A DNA stretch of 64,000 nucleotides, taken from assembly GCA_001599295.1 (NCBI GenBank), contig BCGN01000003.1, positions 1,736,001 through 1,800,000 of the forward strand, given 5' to 3'. The notes under the pieces are model-generated. The model was not told the DNA's origin. It saw only the letters and a list, made by a program, of their open reading frames with translations, and did no database searches. Every line of letters starts with the position of its first letter. The first letter of the stretch is position 1. Below, piece by piece: positions 47,501-57,629 of this stretch. A program made the position numbers and the translations under genes. The DNA is from Sporopachydermia quercuum. Its lineage: Eukaryota.

Positions 47501-48701
47501 GAAGACAAATGTAACCGAGACGAGTAGCACCAGCACTGTTTCAAGTACTACTAGTGCTAGCCCTAGTAAAGCTTCAAATAGGAGAATCACTGTTGAATCG
47601 TATAATCAATCCTTAAAGCTTGCGAAGAATAATCCTAGTCCCAGTATGAATTTAACCTTGGCTGAAAACGCTTGCCAAGCATATTTATATTTAGCTTCTC
47701 ATGTTAGAATTGACAGTAAAGGTGAGCTTAAATCAACTCAATCGCTGAGCGAGCGTCAAATTGAGAAAAACAAAAGTCACTTTCATAAGACAGCTAAAAC
47801 CATATTGGCTAAAGCAACATACACTAATAAATACCCACCAGCATTGAAGTTCTTAGCTGATATTCACTTGAAAGGAAAGTATTCTTTCTCCAAAGATGAA
47901 AAACAAGCTTTCCTCTTATATTTGGAAGCCGCTAAATTAGGAGAAGTTAATGCCATGTATGAAGTCGCTAAACTTTATCTTAACGTGTTCTATAATCAAA
48001 AAGAGTCTAAACTTGAAGCTAGACGTTGGCTTGAAAGAGCAGCAAGAGAGGGCAAACATCCAATAGCGGTTTATGATTTAAGCATAGGAAATTTAACTGG
48101 GAAATTTGATACCCCTAAATCTTTCTCTAGAGGTTTAAATTGGTTAAAGCTTGGTACTGAAGATCCAGATGCTACCTCTGCTGAGAGTTTATTTCGCTTA
48201 GCGTTTATTTATGAGAGGGCAAACGTACTGTCTTCAAACAAAGGTCCTGATGGGAGAAGAATCATTGATAGAGATGACGGTATGGCTTTCAAGCTCTACC
48301 TTAGAGCATCACAGGAATTTAATCATGCTAAGAGCAATTATAGATTGGGATTGTGTTTTGAGTACGGTCAATTAGGTTGCACAAAAGATATGAAGCAAGC
48401 CTTGAAGTTTTACGCATTAGGAGGGGAAACAAACGATTCTAAGTGCTGTCTGAGACTTGCTGAGTTGAGATACGTGGGCTTAGGAAGCTATTGGGAAAAG
48501 TCTAATGAGCAAACATTTATTTGGCTACAGAAGGCAGTTATACAAGGATCTGGTGAGGAATTTTTTCGTTTGGGTTACGCTTTTGAGTATGCGATTGGCA
48601 CTAAGAAAGATCTGAAGCAAGCCAAAAACTGGTATTACAAGGCTGTCACCGTGGAGAAACATCCAGAGGCTATTAAGAGGTTACAAGCATTGAATAAGTA
48701 A
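44532..48701 (+). CDS. Sel1-repeat protein (Skt5/Chs4 chitin-synthase-activator-like C-terminus) with a ~1000-aa low-complexity N-terminus
   Basis: Sel1-like repeats: AFLLYLEAAKLG, SNYRLGLCFEYGQLGCTKDMKQALKFY and FRLGYAFEYAIGTKKDLKQAKNWYYKA. Confidence 0.85.
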   Translation: MKFPAKKPPPSLKKKPPPTTSSISTVNTSRITSLTKNFQELEKPTKEKNAVSEPIDSSDSESVNSFEAGDESRKFITADLQTSIENHTIKQDEGTIAASRYELESYRYKQSSNNSNNRKSCLIEKSNDQHKSTAAKVQKSSGKGDKKDQQDLRQNSESSSRSINMRDHIDSTSDNSSRQKPSEKTTEKPSDNIYSTRDPSGSTVFTVNSADDINSTTSVTSTSTPAINSDDIKPSYSFPAVASVETNSTTPSGSIQPITPINFKKPLKEVVQNNQNNQSNPIYSKAHMRGRSDISLNSVFSVASEELIEEIDKMVLHIRKNSVNQVFSEREEETASKALRLNEIEINDNTENTLRKSNGYQSRYNYNYDFGSEYDHSTRNAYDNHHDYAINRNDTDDGAINIGREIEQRGRQEDHPMVGDMMNNSAYNAIDKFNNRSVSTGNVHSNNLKEKECEGNSTIRSTSLSGDTSSNNNTNEEFHSDAYNLIXSTVDYFNTASTIADSTTADIYSHSKLVQLPQFKPQLLHGVSFGEIKPLSIKSVNKNESNNNRGTNIKMPEPFNFVELPAPIILDDESDTTSDINYDKNKNERNVDCNEPDENINKNSSGGKNNDYYEFDNDNNHNIYDNSNGNSDPNFNYNYSNYTFSHNATDSYDNNSYRNQTNYMYESYQQEDSIDPFDVNSTKISNEHFVETSINYHDNDDTGTNYNNIGSDSNNNNDVPKYREEAFMDEFHDISDVKYYYDNSYNSNNSADNSDITVGNDSTIKPNGMYRDNHLNSVDSNDTFSTYSNIINYTSSDVLINSFIPTINIIDNPSNISDIHPAAYSHFTPTSQLDALHSSNTHISTNQPVLPQKPGAESNLNSIPTNHPTRRPSPLQASTDPILTTHYSKKAPNVRSNGFSSSQFNHSLSSRAFSLPNSTLQDFTSTLQKKSSLTSIPDGVFEPMNTSISGSGVDAQTSAGSLKSVNTRASIGQEHKGNGNDSEFSRSSSWKTNVTETSSTSTVSSTTSASPSKASNRRITVESYNQSLKLAKNNPSPSMNLTLAENACQAYLYLASHVRIDSKGELKSTQSLSERQIEKNKSHFHKTAKTILAKATYTNKYPPALKFLADIHLKGKYSFSKDEKQAFLLYLEAAKLGEVNAMYEVAKLYLNVFYNQKESKLEARRWLERAAREGKHPIAVYDLSIGNLTGKFDTPKSFSRGLNWLKLGTEDPDATSAESLFRLAFIYERANVLSSNKGPDGRRIIDRDDGMAFKLYLRASQEFNHAKSNYRLGLCFEYGQLGCTKDMKQALKFYALGGETNDSKCCLRLAELRYVGLGSYWEKSNEQTFIWLQKAVIQGSGEEFFRLGYAFEYAIGTKKDLKQAKNWYYKAVTVEKHPEAIKRLQALNK

Positions 48702-49016
48702 GTTATTTATTTATATATTTTCATCAATAGAGGTTAAGTAAAATAAATATAAACCGAACAAACTATTAAAGTTTGACGGCTTGAAATAAGGTTAAGATCC
48801 AAATTTCCAATACAGTACTGGAATTGAACGTTGATATTGTGAGAGATAAGGTCTATCTATATTCAAACCTTAATAGTTAACTAGACCAACTACAATTTCT
48901 GTGCACTTAACTAACATACTGGAAACTCCATTCTCAATCTAATTTTATTTTTATAAACTTTAAATATTACTTTAAAATATACTTTTACCCACCAGGTTGA
49001 GCCTAGCAAAACCCTA

Positions 49017-52000
49017 CTATAATTCGACATACAGAGATGCATCAACAAATCCTGCTGCAGATAAACTCGACCATGAAACGTACTCAGGGGAATATTCTAA
49101 CAACTCGTCATATGCCGGAATTTTCCTCAAATATTGATCTCCAACTATCACATCTCCTTCATATTCTCCCCACATACAATCGACAGAAATACCCAAAGAG
49201 TTCTTACTTGCAGCTGATGCTCCATTGTCTAGCAAATCATCATCAAGCCATCTTGGGATCCATTCAAATCCGACATGGACATACGGTTGTGTCCAGTTGA
49301 GTTTCAAGAGGAAAATTTCATCAATTCCTTTAGCATATTGGTAGTAGTCGTTGCCGTTAGAGTCCTTTTTCCAACCAGCAGTGGCCCCATTAAACTCCGA
49401 TAGAGTTTCATGTTCACTTTCCCGTGTATCTAAACTTAAACTTAATCCTGACCCAAAATTAGTCGCATTAGCATGAACTTTCTTTCCATCACCAGGGTTT
49501 GGTTTAGCGTATTTATCAGCATCATTATATACAATAACCTTTTTAACAGGGCTTCTACCATTAGAAGTAGAACCCGATTTAAACACTGTTGTGTTGAATC
49601 TAATTGCGCAGTAACGGTTTTCCTTTGCCCGAATTAAAATATCGCCTTTCAAAGGTCCTAACAGCAAAGAATCATTGGCACCTTCTTCTAACTTTTGATT
49701 GGTTGAATTGAGCACTTGAACATCAAGCCATGAGTCATAGTCAACTGCCTGTGATGAATTATCAGCAGAGAATAACACTGGCGATTCGCCTTCATAGAAA
49801 CATGACTCCATACCATCATCAAGTTCTGTACAGTTAATTGCTCTATTACTCAACCTTACTGAAGGCATATCTTTCAATATAGGTTCAATATACCCGCTCC
49901 GACCATACACTTCCACAATGGGCTTGGCAAGCGAAGAGCTATTTAAGGTTTCGCTCAAGTCCAAACGCTGGATAAACCTTAACTTCAATCTGGAGTCAGA
50001 TGTAAAAGGCTCTTTCAAAGTATAGTATAATCCTCCTGCAACAGCTAATGTAAACAGGATACTGGGAATAATAGCATGGAATCTGTGAGCAAATGGAACA
50101 GCTAGTAGTCCAAATANAATAGCACCAATTGTAAGAAGTTCAAACACTTGAACATTAGAGTCATAACTCTCTAAGGAGGTCTGATTCAACGCTTCTAATA
50201 TTAATGTGACTGACTGGAACACCGCCAAACCTCCAACTGGTAATAAAAACAGTAATTGTAAGCTCCAATCATAAGAGAAAGAATGAACTGGTGGTTTACC
50301 GTTTGAGTTATCATCAAAAGCTTGGGAATTAACAAGCAAAGGTGCTGTTTCATCACCAATAGCACCAGCTGTAACGTTAGCGCTACTACTATCACCACCA
50401 AAACCTGAAACAGATCCAGTATATGATACAACTGTGCTTCCATAAGTAGGATTATGTCTCCCGGAAGTACCCCGGAATTTTTCGGCTTTTGGCGCCAGAA
50501 TATGCGAAATCAGCCCAATCACAACTGCTAATGATACACATGTATACACAATGCTAGGCAAATATTCCCCAGACACGTCTTTTGATTTCCCAGCCCGAAC
50601 AGTGGAAGTAACAGTCCAAATCCAGAAAACCACCATCAATTGAATAAGTACCAGAAGCTTCTGATCATGAATAGGGCTGACATAATGGAAGAATGCCAGA
50701 ATTCCATAGTTGATAAACAGGAATATTCCAGTTAATACCAAAAAGACACCCAAATAGCTGGAAACTATCACCATGGGATTGAGCAAAAACAATTGNTAAG
50801 CGGCTGCTGCAGTTGCTGCTACACCCACCGTAACAGAGATTGGGGCTCTAAGCCATCCAGGACCTGATATCAACCACCCATCACGTTTATACACTAGAAA
50901 AGCCAGCAAGATAACTAATAATGGGAAAGCAACCAGGATTCCAATGTTGATACCAAATAAAAGTCTCAATGGCACTACCAGGAAGTAGTATTCTCCAATA
51001 TCAGTATATACAGCAGAATCGTCCTTTCCATAGGCAAAGGAATTAGAATTAGCCATAACCTGAGTAACAGCTACAGCGTTGTTAAGCATATGCCATAAAG
51101 CTCCTTTGCTTGAACCTTGGATACTATCAAATAGTGTATGGTACAACGATCTAGGTCTGTAGAAAGCAATATCTAATCCTCTGTAGCCTAAGTTTTCATA
51201 TACTCTGTAGTCAGTTTCACTGCGAACAAGGCCAGTAGCGAAACCCTGTTGGAACATTGAAGTGCCAAACGGCTTTGGCGCGGACGAGTAATACCGGGCG
51301 ACTCCGTAATCTGTAGCCCGAAATAAAACGGCTCTTCCACCGGCCCCGGTACCTTCCAGGTTGATGAACGTCTCAATTTCAGAGCTCCACGGATGGGAAG
51401 CAAAAGCCTCGGCGCCAAACAATCCGAATTCTTCCGCATTGTTGAAATTGAAAATGATATTCCGCTTGGGAACACTTTTGGACTGCGCGTAATGTTTTAG
51501 AATAGCTAGTAATGTAGCAATGCCTGCTCCATCATCAGTAGTACCATAGGCAGCTGGCACTGAATCGTAATGAGCACTTAATAGCAACGCACCTTTATTA
51601 GTATCAGTCCCTGCTATTTTCACCAGTATGTTACCAGATTCAAAGGATACAACTCTTCCGTCTGGGCGAGAAGAGTTGAAGATGTTCTCTTGCCGAAACA
51701 GGGTTTTTCTTGAGCTGTCATCGTCTACTTGAATGGCATTGATGATACTGCTGTTAGCAATGCTGCTTATACGCTGTAGGAGATANTCATGAACCTCATC
51801 GTTAGCATGAGAAGTGTATGGATGGAAAGATTTTGATATTTCTTGTAAATCCAGCCAAGCGTCCGATAGCAATTGAGGTTCAGGATTAGGCACTGAAAGG
51901 GCATAGTATGATGAGAGGTAGGAAACAGCAAAGATAGCTAATAGGATGAAAGAGAAAAGAATAGTGAAAGGGACCTTTTGGAACCCAAAAGACGTTTGAA

Positions 52001-52223
52001 TGAACCGAATGAAGAAATTTGGTGATGTTGGCTGTTTTATCTGGTATGAATTTTCATCGTAATAGGCATTTGTCCCAGGAGGAATGGCATTAAGAATAGG
52101 ATTTGACGGGTTGGGTCCTTGAATGGCATGAGGAGATGGAGAAGGATTAGAAGCAGGCTGGGAAACTATTGGAACTCTGGCGGCATTTAACGAGCTGTTA
52201 AGCTGATCAGTTGACGCTGACAT
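49017..52223 (-). CDS. PFF1: Vacuolar membrane M28 metalloprotease Pff1
   Basis: LLLSAHYDSV, GTTDDGAG, FNNAEEFGL, NLEGTGAGG, SETDYRVY and YHT, followed by multiple TM helices. Start set to ATG 52223. Confidence 0.93.
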   Translation of the reverse strand: MSASTDQLNSSLNAARVPIVSQPASNPSPSPHAIQGPNPSNPILNAIPPGTNAYYDENSYQIKQPTSPNFFIRFIQTSFGFQKVPFTILFSFILLAIFAVSYLSSYYALSVPNPEPQLLSDAWLDLQEISKSFHPYTSHANDEVHXYLLQRISSIANSSIINAIQVDDDSSRKTLFRQENIFNSSRPDGRVVSFESGNILVKIAGTDTNKGALLLSAHYDSVPAAYGTTDDGAGIATLLAILKHYAQSKSVPKRNIIFNFNNAEEFGLFGAEAFASHPWSSEIETFINLEGTGAGGRAVLFRATDYGVARYYSSAPKPFGTSMFQQGFATGLVRSETDYRVYENLGYRGLDIAFYRPRSLYHTLFDSIQGSSKGALWHMLNNAVAVTQVMANSNSFAYGKDDSAVYTDIGEYYFLVVPLRLLFGINIGILVAFPLLVILLAFLVYKRDGWLISGPGWLRAPISVTVGVAATAAAAXQLFLLNPMVIVSSYLGVFLVLTGIFLFINYGILAFFHYVSPIHDQKLLVLIQLMVVFWIWTVTSTVRAGKSKDVSGEYLPSIVYTCVSLAVVIGLISHILAPKAEKFRGTSGRHNPTYGSTVVSYTGSVSGFGGDSSSANVTAGAIGDETAPLLVNSQAFDDNSNGKPPVHSFSYDWSLQLLFLLPVGGLAVFQSVTLILEALNQTSLESYDSNVQVFELLTIGAIXFGLLAVPFAHRFHAIIPSILFTLAVAGGLYYTLKEPFTSDSRLKLRFIQRLDLSETLNSSSLAKPIVEVYGRSGYIEPILKDMPSVRLSNRAINCTELDDGMESCFYEGESPVLFSADNSSQAVDYDSWLDVQVLNSTNQKLEEGANDSLLLGPLKGDILIRAKENRYCAIRFNTTVFKSGSTSNGRSPVKKVIVYNDADKYAKPNPGDGKKVHANATNFGSGLSLSLDTRESEHETLSEFNGATAGWKKDSNGNDYYQYAKGIDEIFLLKLNWTQPYVHVGFEWIPRWLDDDLLDNGASAASKNSLGISVDCMWGEYEGDVIVGDQYLRKIPAYDELLEYSPEYVSWSSLSAAGFVDASLYVEL

Positions 52224-53410
52224 GGTTAGCTGGTTGGTTTTCAATTGGATTTATGAGATTTCAATGAATCAGCTCCTGTACCCTTTACTGAAGATGGATA
52301 GGCTAGAATGGACACTTTCTGGCAAAAACAAAGGAATGAGTATGAGATCAGTGCGGCATCCAGCGTTCAAACAGCAACAGGGTATTTGAAGCAATTGAGG
52401 TCAGTAACACTACTTCAAAATGGAGTAAAAAAGTCGATTAAGGATTATTTTGATACAGAAATAAGTAGCGGAAGAAAGTAAGCAAAGGAAGAGGAGGTTA
52501 GAAGTAAGAGATTAAGGGAGGATGCATGATGCTGTGGGGAATATGCAGGTGAATACTGCAGGCAGAGAGTGTTTTATGATTGTGTAATCTAAAAATGGGG
52601 ATCGGTATGATATAGATAATAGATGGAAGAAACGTTTTAGAATTATGGGGATACTTCTGGGGGTTTAGATATATTTTAAGGACATATCAATGATAAAGAA
52701 GTTGTAATCAACGAATGAAGACTGAATTAGATCTGAATTGACTTGAGGAAAACAATTATGATTACACAATCATAAAACGGACCTGTTATGAGCGTTTGCA
52801 TCATCTTCTATAATATGATAAGTGATTATGGTTTAATATTAGGAGAAACTTATTTTAAGATGACCACTTATCATTTACACTCAGGGTATCGAATTTTTTT
52901 AAACCTTTTTTTTTTTAATTCATTTAATACTACTAAACGCTTCTCTAGGCATATAATTCTCTCATACCTCCCATTCCCATTCCCACTGTCCTGCCTATTA
53001 CCTTATCACCTAACCCAAACAGTAATTTTATTGTCATTTCCCAAAACAGAGTAATTTTGTTTGTTTTCGGCACTCCTTCCTCTTACTCATCACACTTCTA
53101 AACGTTCCCATATTTACTTTGTATGTGTATCTAAGGCACTTCAAATAAGTAAACTTCAGACCGGAAACTATTCACTCTCTTTTAGCTTCACATCTCCTCT
53201 CAATAATTTGCTTCAGCTTGTACTTTGGTGAAAAAAATTACAGCGAACAGTTGGAGAAATGAGTAACGCTCTCATCAAGAGAATCTTATCTTATCTAGAG
53301 GAGTACGTAAGATCACCTCTTTATGTTTGTTTTCAGATACTGGACAAATATAAAAGTATGTCAAGTTTTGAATCAACTGATAGACTAACCTAGACTAAGC
53401 ATATATCACA

Positions 53411-54619
53411 ATGTCATCAGATCCTGTTCTTGCTCTNACTGAGTCTCTTAAAGGACTTACGCTTGAATCAACTGTAAGTGTCACCCAAAATGAAGGCTAT
53501 AAGTTGTAAAAAGGTTGTAATTAATCAATTTGATATACAAACACATTATCTAACCATATTTAGATTTCAGAAGCAACCCTTGAAGAGTTTGCCAGCAGTT
53601 TCCTGGATGAATTTCAAAGCGCTGAACAAGCTCAATGGATCACCCTCAGTAAGAGATTTCCAGAATCATTCGTTCAATTGAATGACGCATTGAGAACCCG
53701 AGTTTACGTTTTAGGTACCACCTTCTCTACTCCAGCTGATGCTTCTCTTTTCATCAAAGCTTACCCACTTGTCAAGACCTGGAAAGAAGAAGAAATCACG
53801 AAATTTAGACATGTTGTCCGATGGTTTGATTTGATTCAACATTTAGATTTAGATATTGTTGCATCAATCGAACCAATTCCTTTCAACTTAGACTTGAAGC
53901 TGGATAGAGAATTGAAAGCGAAACCTGAAAAGAAGGATGCTGCTATGAAGGAAGAGAAGGGCAAGAAACCTGCTAAGGAAGAGAAAAAGGCAGCAGCTGT
54001 CGCCAAGCCAGAAGGTGTTGAAGGAGAGAAGAAGGAGAAAAAGGAAAAGAAGAAGAAGGAGAAGAAGGAAAAACCTAAGCAAGAAAAGGCCCAGGAAGCT
54101 CCCCCAAATCCATCTTTGATTGATTTCAGAGTCGGTTTCATTCAAAAGGCTATTAAACATCCTGATGCTGATTCACTTTATGTTTCTACAGTTGATATGG
54201 GTGATGCTGATGGTCCAAGAACTGTCTGCTCAGGATTGGCTAAGGTCTTTCCTTTAGAATATATGCAAGAAAGGACCATTGTTGTTGTTGCAAACTTGAA
54301 GCCAGTGAAGATGAGAGGAATTCTTTCATCTGCAATGGTCCTCTGTGCCTCGAATGACGATGGTAAGATTGAATTTGTCCTACCACCCGCTGGTTCGAGG
54401 CCTGGCGATAAGATCTTCTTTGAAGGTTTTGACGGTGAGCCATTAGCTCAATTGAACCCCAAGAAGAAGATTTGGGAAGCTGTCCAACCAAACTTCAGCA
54501 CTTCTGAAGCTTTAAACGTTATTTATAAGGATCCTGAATCTGGTGAAGCTAAGCAGCTTGTGAATAAGGCTGGAGATCTATGCAAGGTTGAAACAATTGT
54601 CAGTGGTAATGTTCGATAA
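53411..54619 (+). CDS. ARC1: tRNA-aminoacylation cofactor Arc1; exons 53411-53473 and 53564-54619
   Basis: GST-like N-domain (FRHVVRWFDLIQ), Lys/Glu-rich linker, EMAP-II/tRNA-binding domain (IDFRVGFIQKAIKHPDADSLY, NLKPVKMRG). Intron GTAAGT..TCTAAC..TAG is in frame. Confidence 0.95.
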
Positions 54620-54997
54620 GTACAATTTATACAATGAATACAAAAGCCCTTATATTTTTAGTATAATGAAACATAGCACGTCGTGTGCCCTTTTCGTAGA
54701 AGACAATTGCTGATCATTCTGAGCAAGCGTCTCATATCATATGCACCATCATGTTTAGTAGAATATTTGTATTACGTCATCAGTAAGCTTTTCGTCCAAT
54801 ATCAGATATGCCAACCAAGCTTCCCCATTACTGCTTCCACATGAAAAGTTTGATTATCAAGTCATCTTCATTTCTATCTCATTGATAAAACATGACTCAA
54901 CTGTTTGTGAATAATTTGCTTTCTGTTTGTAAGTTAATTGGTGCACTTCTGATACCATATTACAGAAGTTTTAGCATAAGCAAGTATCTACTGCAAA

Positions 54998-56137
54998 ATG
55001 AAGCTATTGAAGCAAAAGTTTGAGAAAGACAGCTCTGGATTTGTTGTCTTATATCCTCAAGATAAAGAGGACCTATGGGCTACTTACAATTTAATCCAGA
55101 AGCATGATGTGCTGTCTATGAAAACGGAACGTATGGTCAAGAAGGAGAAGAGTAATAAAGCAAAAACAGAAAAAAAGATTCTTTATTTATCGATTTCTGT
55201 AGAAGAGGTTGACTTTGAAGCTGAAGCTGGAGTTGTGAGAATAAGAGGTAAAACCACAGAACAGCATGAAGATGTACCGTTAGGATCATATCATACTATG
55301 CAAATAGTCATAAATTATCAGTTCTCTTTATATAAAGATGAGTGGGATGCAATGGCTTACGAGATAATCACTAAAGCTTGTAATGTCGAGAGTAAAGCCG
55401 AGGTTGGTGCTATAGTATTACAGGAAGGTGTTGCTCACGTCTGTCTATTATCTGACAGTATGACATTCATAAAGAGTAAGATTGAAAAGTCTATCCCCAA
55501 AAAACGACGTGGTGATAATTCTGGCTACGAGAAAGCAATGCAGAAGTTCTATCAACAGATTTATGAAGCTCTCAAGAAGAATTTGGATTATGTCAATCTG
55601 AAAGCAATCATTATAGCATCACCAGGATTCAATGCTGCATCACTAAATGATTACATTTTCGAACATGCTGCCATAGAAAACAACAAACAACTGATACAAA
55701 GTAAACAGAAATTCCTGGTAACCAGAAGCTCATCAGGATACCTGCAAGCATTGGAAGAAGTCTTGAAGAAGCCGGAAATTCAAAAACAACTCGCCGACAC
55801 TAAGTATGTGCAGGAAACCCAAATTCTTGACGACTTTTTCGATGCTTTAAATCAGGACAATGGCAAAGCATGGTACGGTGAAAAAGAGGTTGAAAAAGCA
55901 GTCAATATGGGAGCAGTAGAATCGTTATTACTGACAGACACTCTATTCAGAAGTACAGATAATACTATAAGGAAGAAATATATAGAGTTGGCCAAACTTG
56001 TTGAACAGACAGGTGGAAAAGTTTACATTTTCAGTAGTATGCATGAATCGGGTGAACAATTGGATCAAATAACCGGTATAGCCGCTTTACTGAAGTATCC
56101 CGTGCCAGATTTAGATGAAAGCGAGGAAGAAGTGTAA
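54998..56137 (+). CDS. DOM34: Ribosome rescue factor Dom34/Pelota
   Basis: EDLWATYNLI, GSYHT, IPKKRRG, IASPGF and SSMHESGEQLDQITGIAALLKYP. Confidence 0.97.
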   Translation: MKLLKQKFEKDSSGFVVLYPQDKEDLWATYNLIQKHDVLSMKTERMVKKEKSNKAKTEKKILYLSISVEEVDFEAEAGVVRIRGKTTEQHEDVPLGSYHTMQIVINYQFSLYKDEWDAMAYEIITKACNVESKAEVGAIVLQEGVAHVCLLSDSMTFIKSKIEKSIPKKRRGDNSGYEKAMQKFYQQIYEALKKNLDYVNLKAIIIASPGFNAASLNDYIFEHAAIENNKQLIQSKQKFLVTRSSSGYLQALEEVLKKPEIQKQLADTKYVQETQILDDFFDALNQDNGKAWYGEKEVEKAVNMGAVESLLLTDTLFRSTDNTIRKKYIELAKLVEQTGGKVYIFSSMHESGEQLDQITGIAALLKYPVPDLDESEEEV

Positions 56138-56306
56138 ATAAAAAATGAGAGATACANCAGAAAGAGAAGCAGTTTTATGGATAAGGGATATTTACAGAAT
56201 GAGCCATTGAGGGATCTAATTTTGGTACAATCGTTCCTTAGATAGTTATTATATACATGTGCATTTCCTAGCCTAATAGGACTTTTAATGATAAGGCCTT
56301 AATTAT

Positions 56307-57019
56307 TCATTCTGGTGAGTTAAGAAGGTTAGTGCCATACCGTATATACCAGACATCTTCGCCTCGAAAGTATCTTAATGCATCCTGAGCCACACCACTA
56401 AAAAAACCAAACACCAGTCCTTTCTTACTCATGTTCATAACCTGCGATCGACTCAGACCCTCTATAGCAGAATAATGTTAGTAACCACTAAAAAACCCAT
56501 ATAACTGAACATTCCAGCGTTTGACTACAGTAACGATACCTCCTCTTACCACAACTTACTTGATAAACTGTAAAGACATCCTGCTGTTGCTGTAGCTAAC
56601 ATTGTCGACAGAAAATCAATCTGTCCTCGTACATAATCGATTGAGGCTTCAAGTCCAAAATATGCTGTACAGAATCCAACTACCCTGGTCGAGTACTTCA
56701 CACTATTTACCATTCCTTTCTGAATCATTACATAGTTTTTCCTCTTATGATAGAAATACCATCCAGACATCGTTTTCGGCAGCCGATGAGCATTTTCTGC
56801 CAAATACTGTAAGGATGCTGCTTTATATCCATTATAGAACCCTGCGCCTAAGCCGAACATACCACCAGCTACTGCTATAGCGGGTAGCCTATATTTGGGA
56901 TGCAGATGAAACCTTTGACCAACGTTATCATCTTCAAATTCACTCCAAAGTTTGGCNCTTAGTTTTTCGTGTTCTGGATCTACTGTATCCACTTCAATAA
57001 CTTTTTGCTGNTGTTCCAT
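56307..57019 (-). CDS. Conserved fungal membrane protein, Tim17/22/23-superfamily-like; exons 57019-56560 and 56461-56307 (204 aa)
   Basis: YLAENAHRLP..SGWYFYHKRKNY motif and Gly-rich TM segments. Intron GTAAGT..TACTAAC..TAG extends the frame (KGLSRSQV...GVAQDALR...NSPE*). Confidence 0.75.
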
Positions 57020-57629
57020 GATGATGCGAGATCAAGTGTAGTACCATACTTTGATGTNAACAGTCATTTATAATGGATATAAACAAAAGGAAATCTGTAA
57101 TGAGATGTTCACTTATATCGGTGTTGATAGACAAACGTGTTTGTGCTCTACACCTACGTTCTCCTCATTGTTTTGTGGAGAGCTCTTTACTTCTTTGTGA
57201 TACTATTACATTCAAAAGCCTCTGTGATATATACATACATAGTTGCAAAAAGAAGAGGATATACAATTTCTCTTTTAAGCACCTAATATAGGACATATTT
57301 ATTCCTGTACACGTGAGAAGATAGTGAAAACTTTATTTAAAATGTGGAAAATCGTCCCGAAAAGCGCGTGTTGGAAAAAGGGAAGACCAATTGAATGGTA
57401 ATTTGAGATAGCAATAATCAGACTGCTTAAAGCTGACTTTTATTTCGAGTTCAAGGGTTCTATACTTTATTCAGGTTTGTTACAGGATTGATTGTTTCTT
57501 CTTCGGTAAAAGCTGTTACGGTATAGAACAGCTCTTCAACTGTTTGATCTATAGTCAACTGTCTGGCTCGAGCTTGATACCTATGCCCTTTATATAAGAA
57601 GCAGTAAGAACATCATCAAGTACTTCAAT

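Noticed and set aside
244..57058. Scattered single N bases, some inside ORFs
   Set aside because: Most likely ambiguous or heterozygous consensus calls; frames are preserved, so they are not evidence of pseudogenes or recoding.
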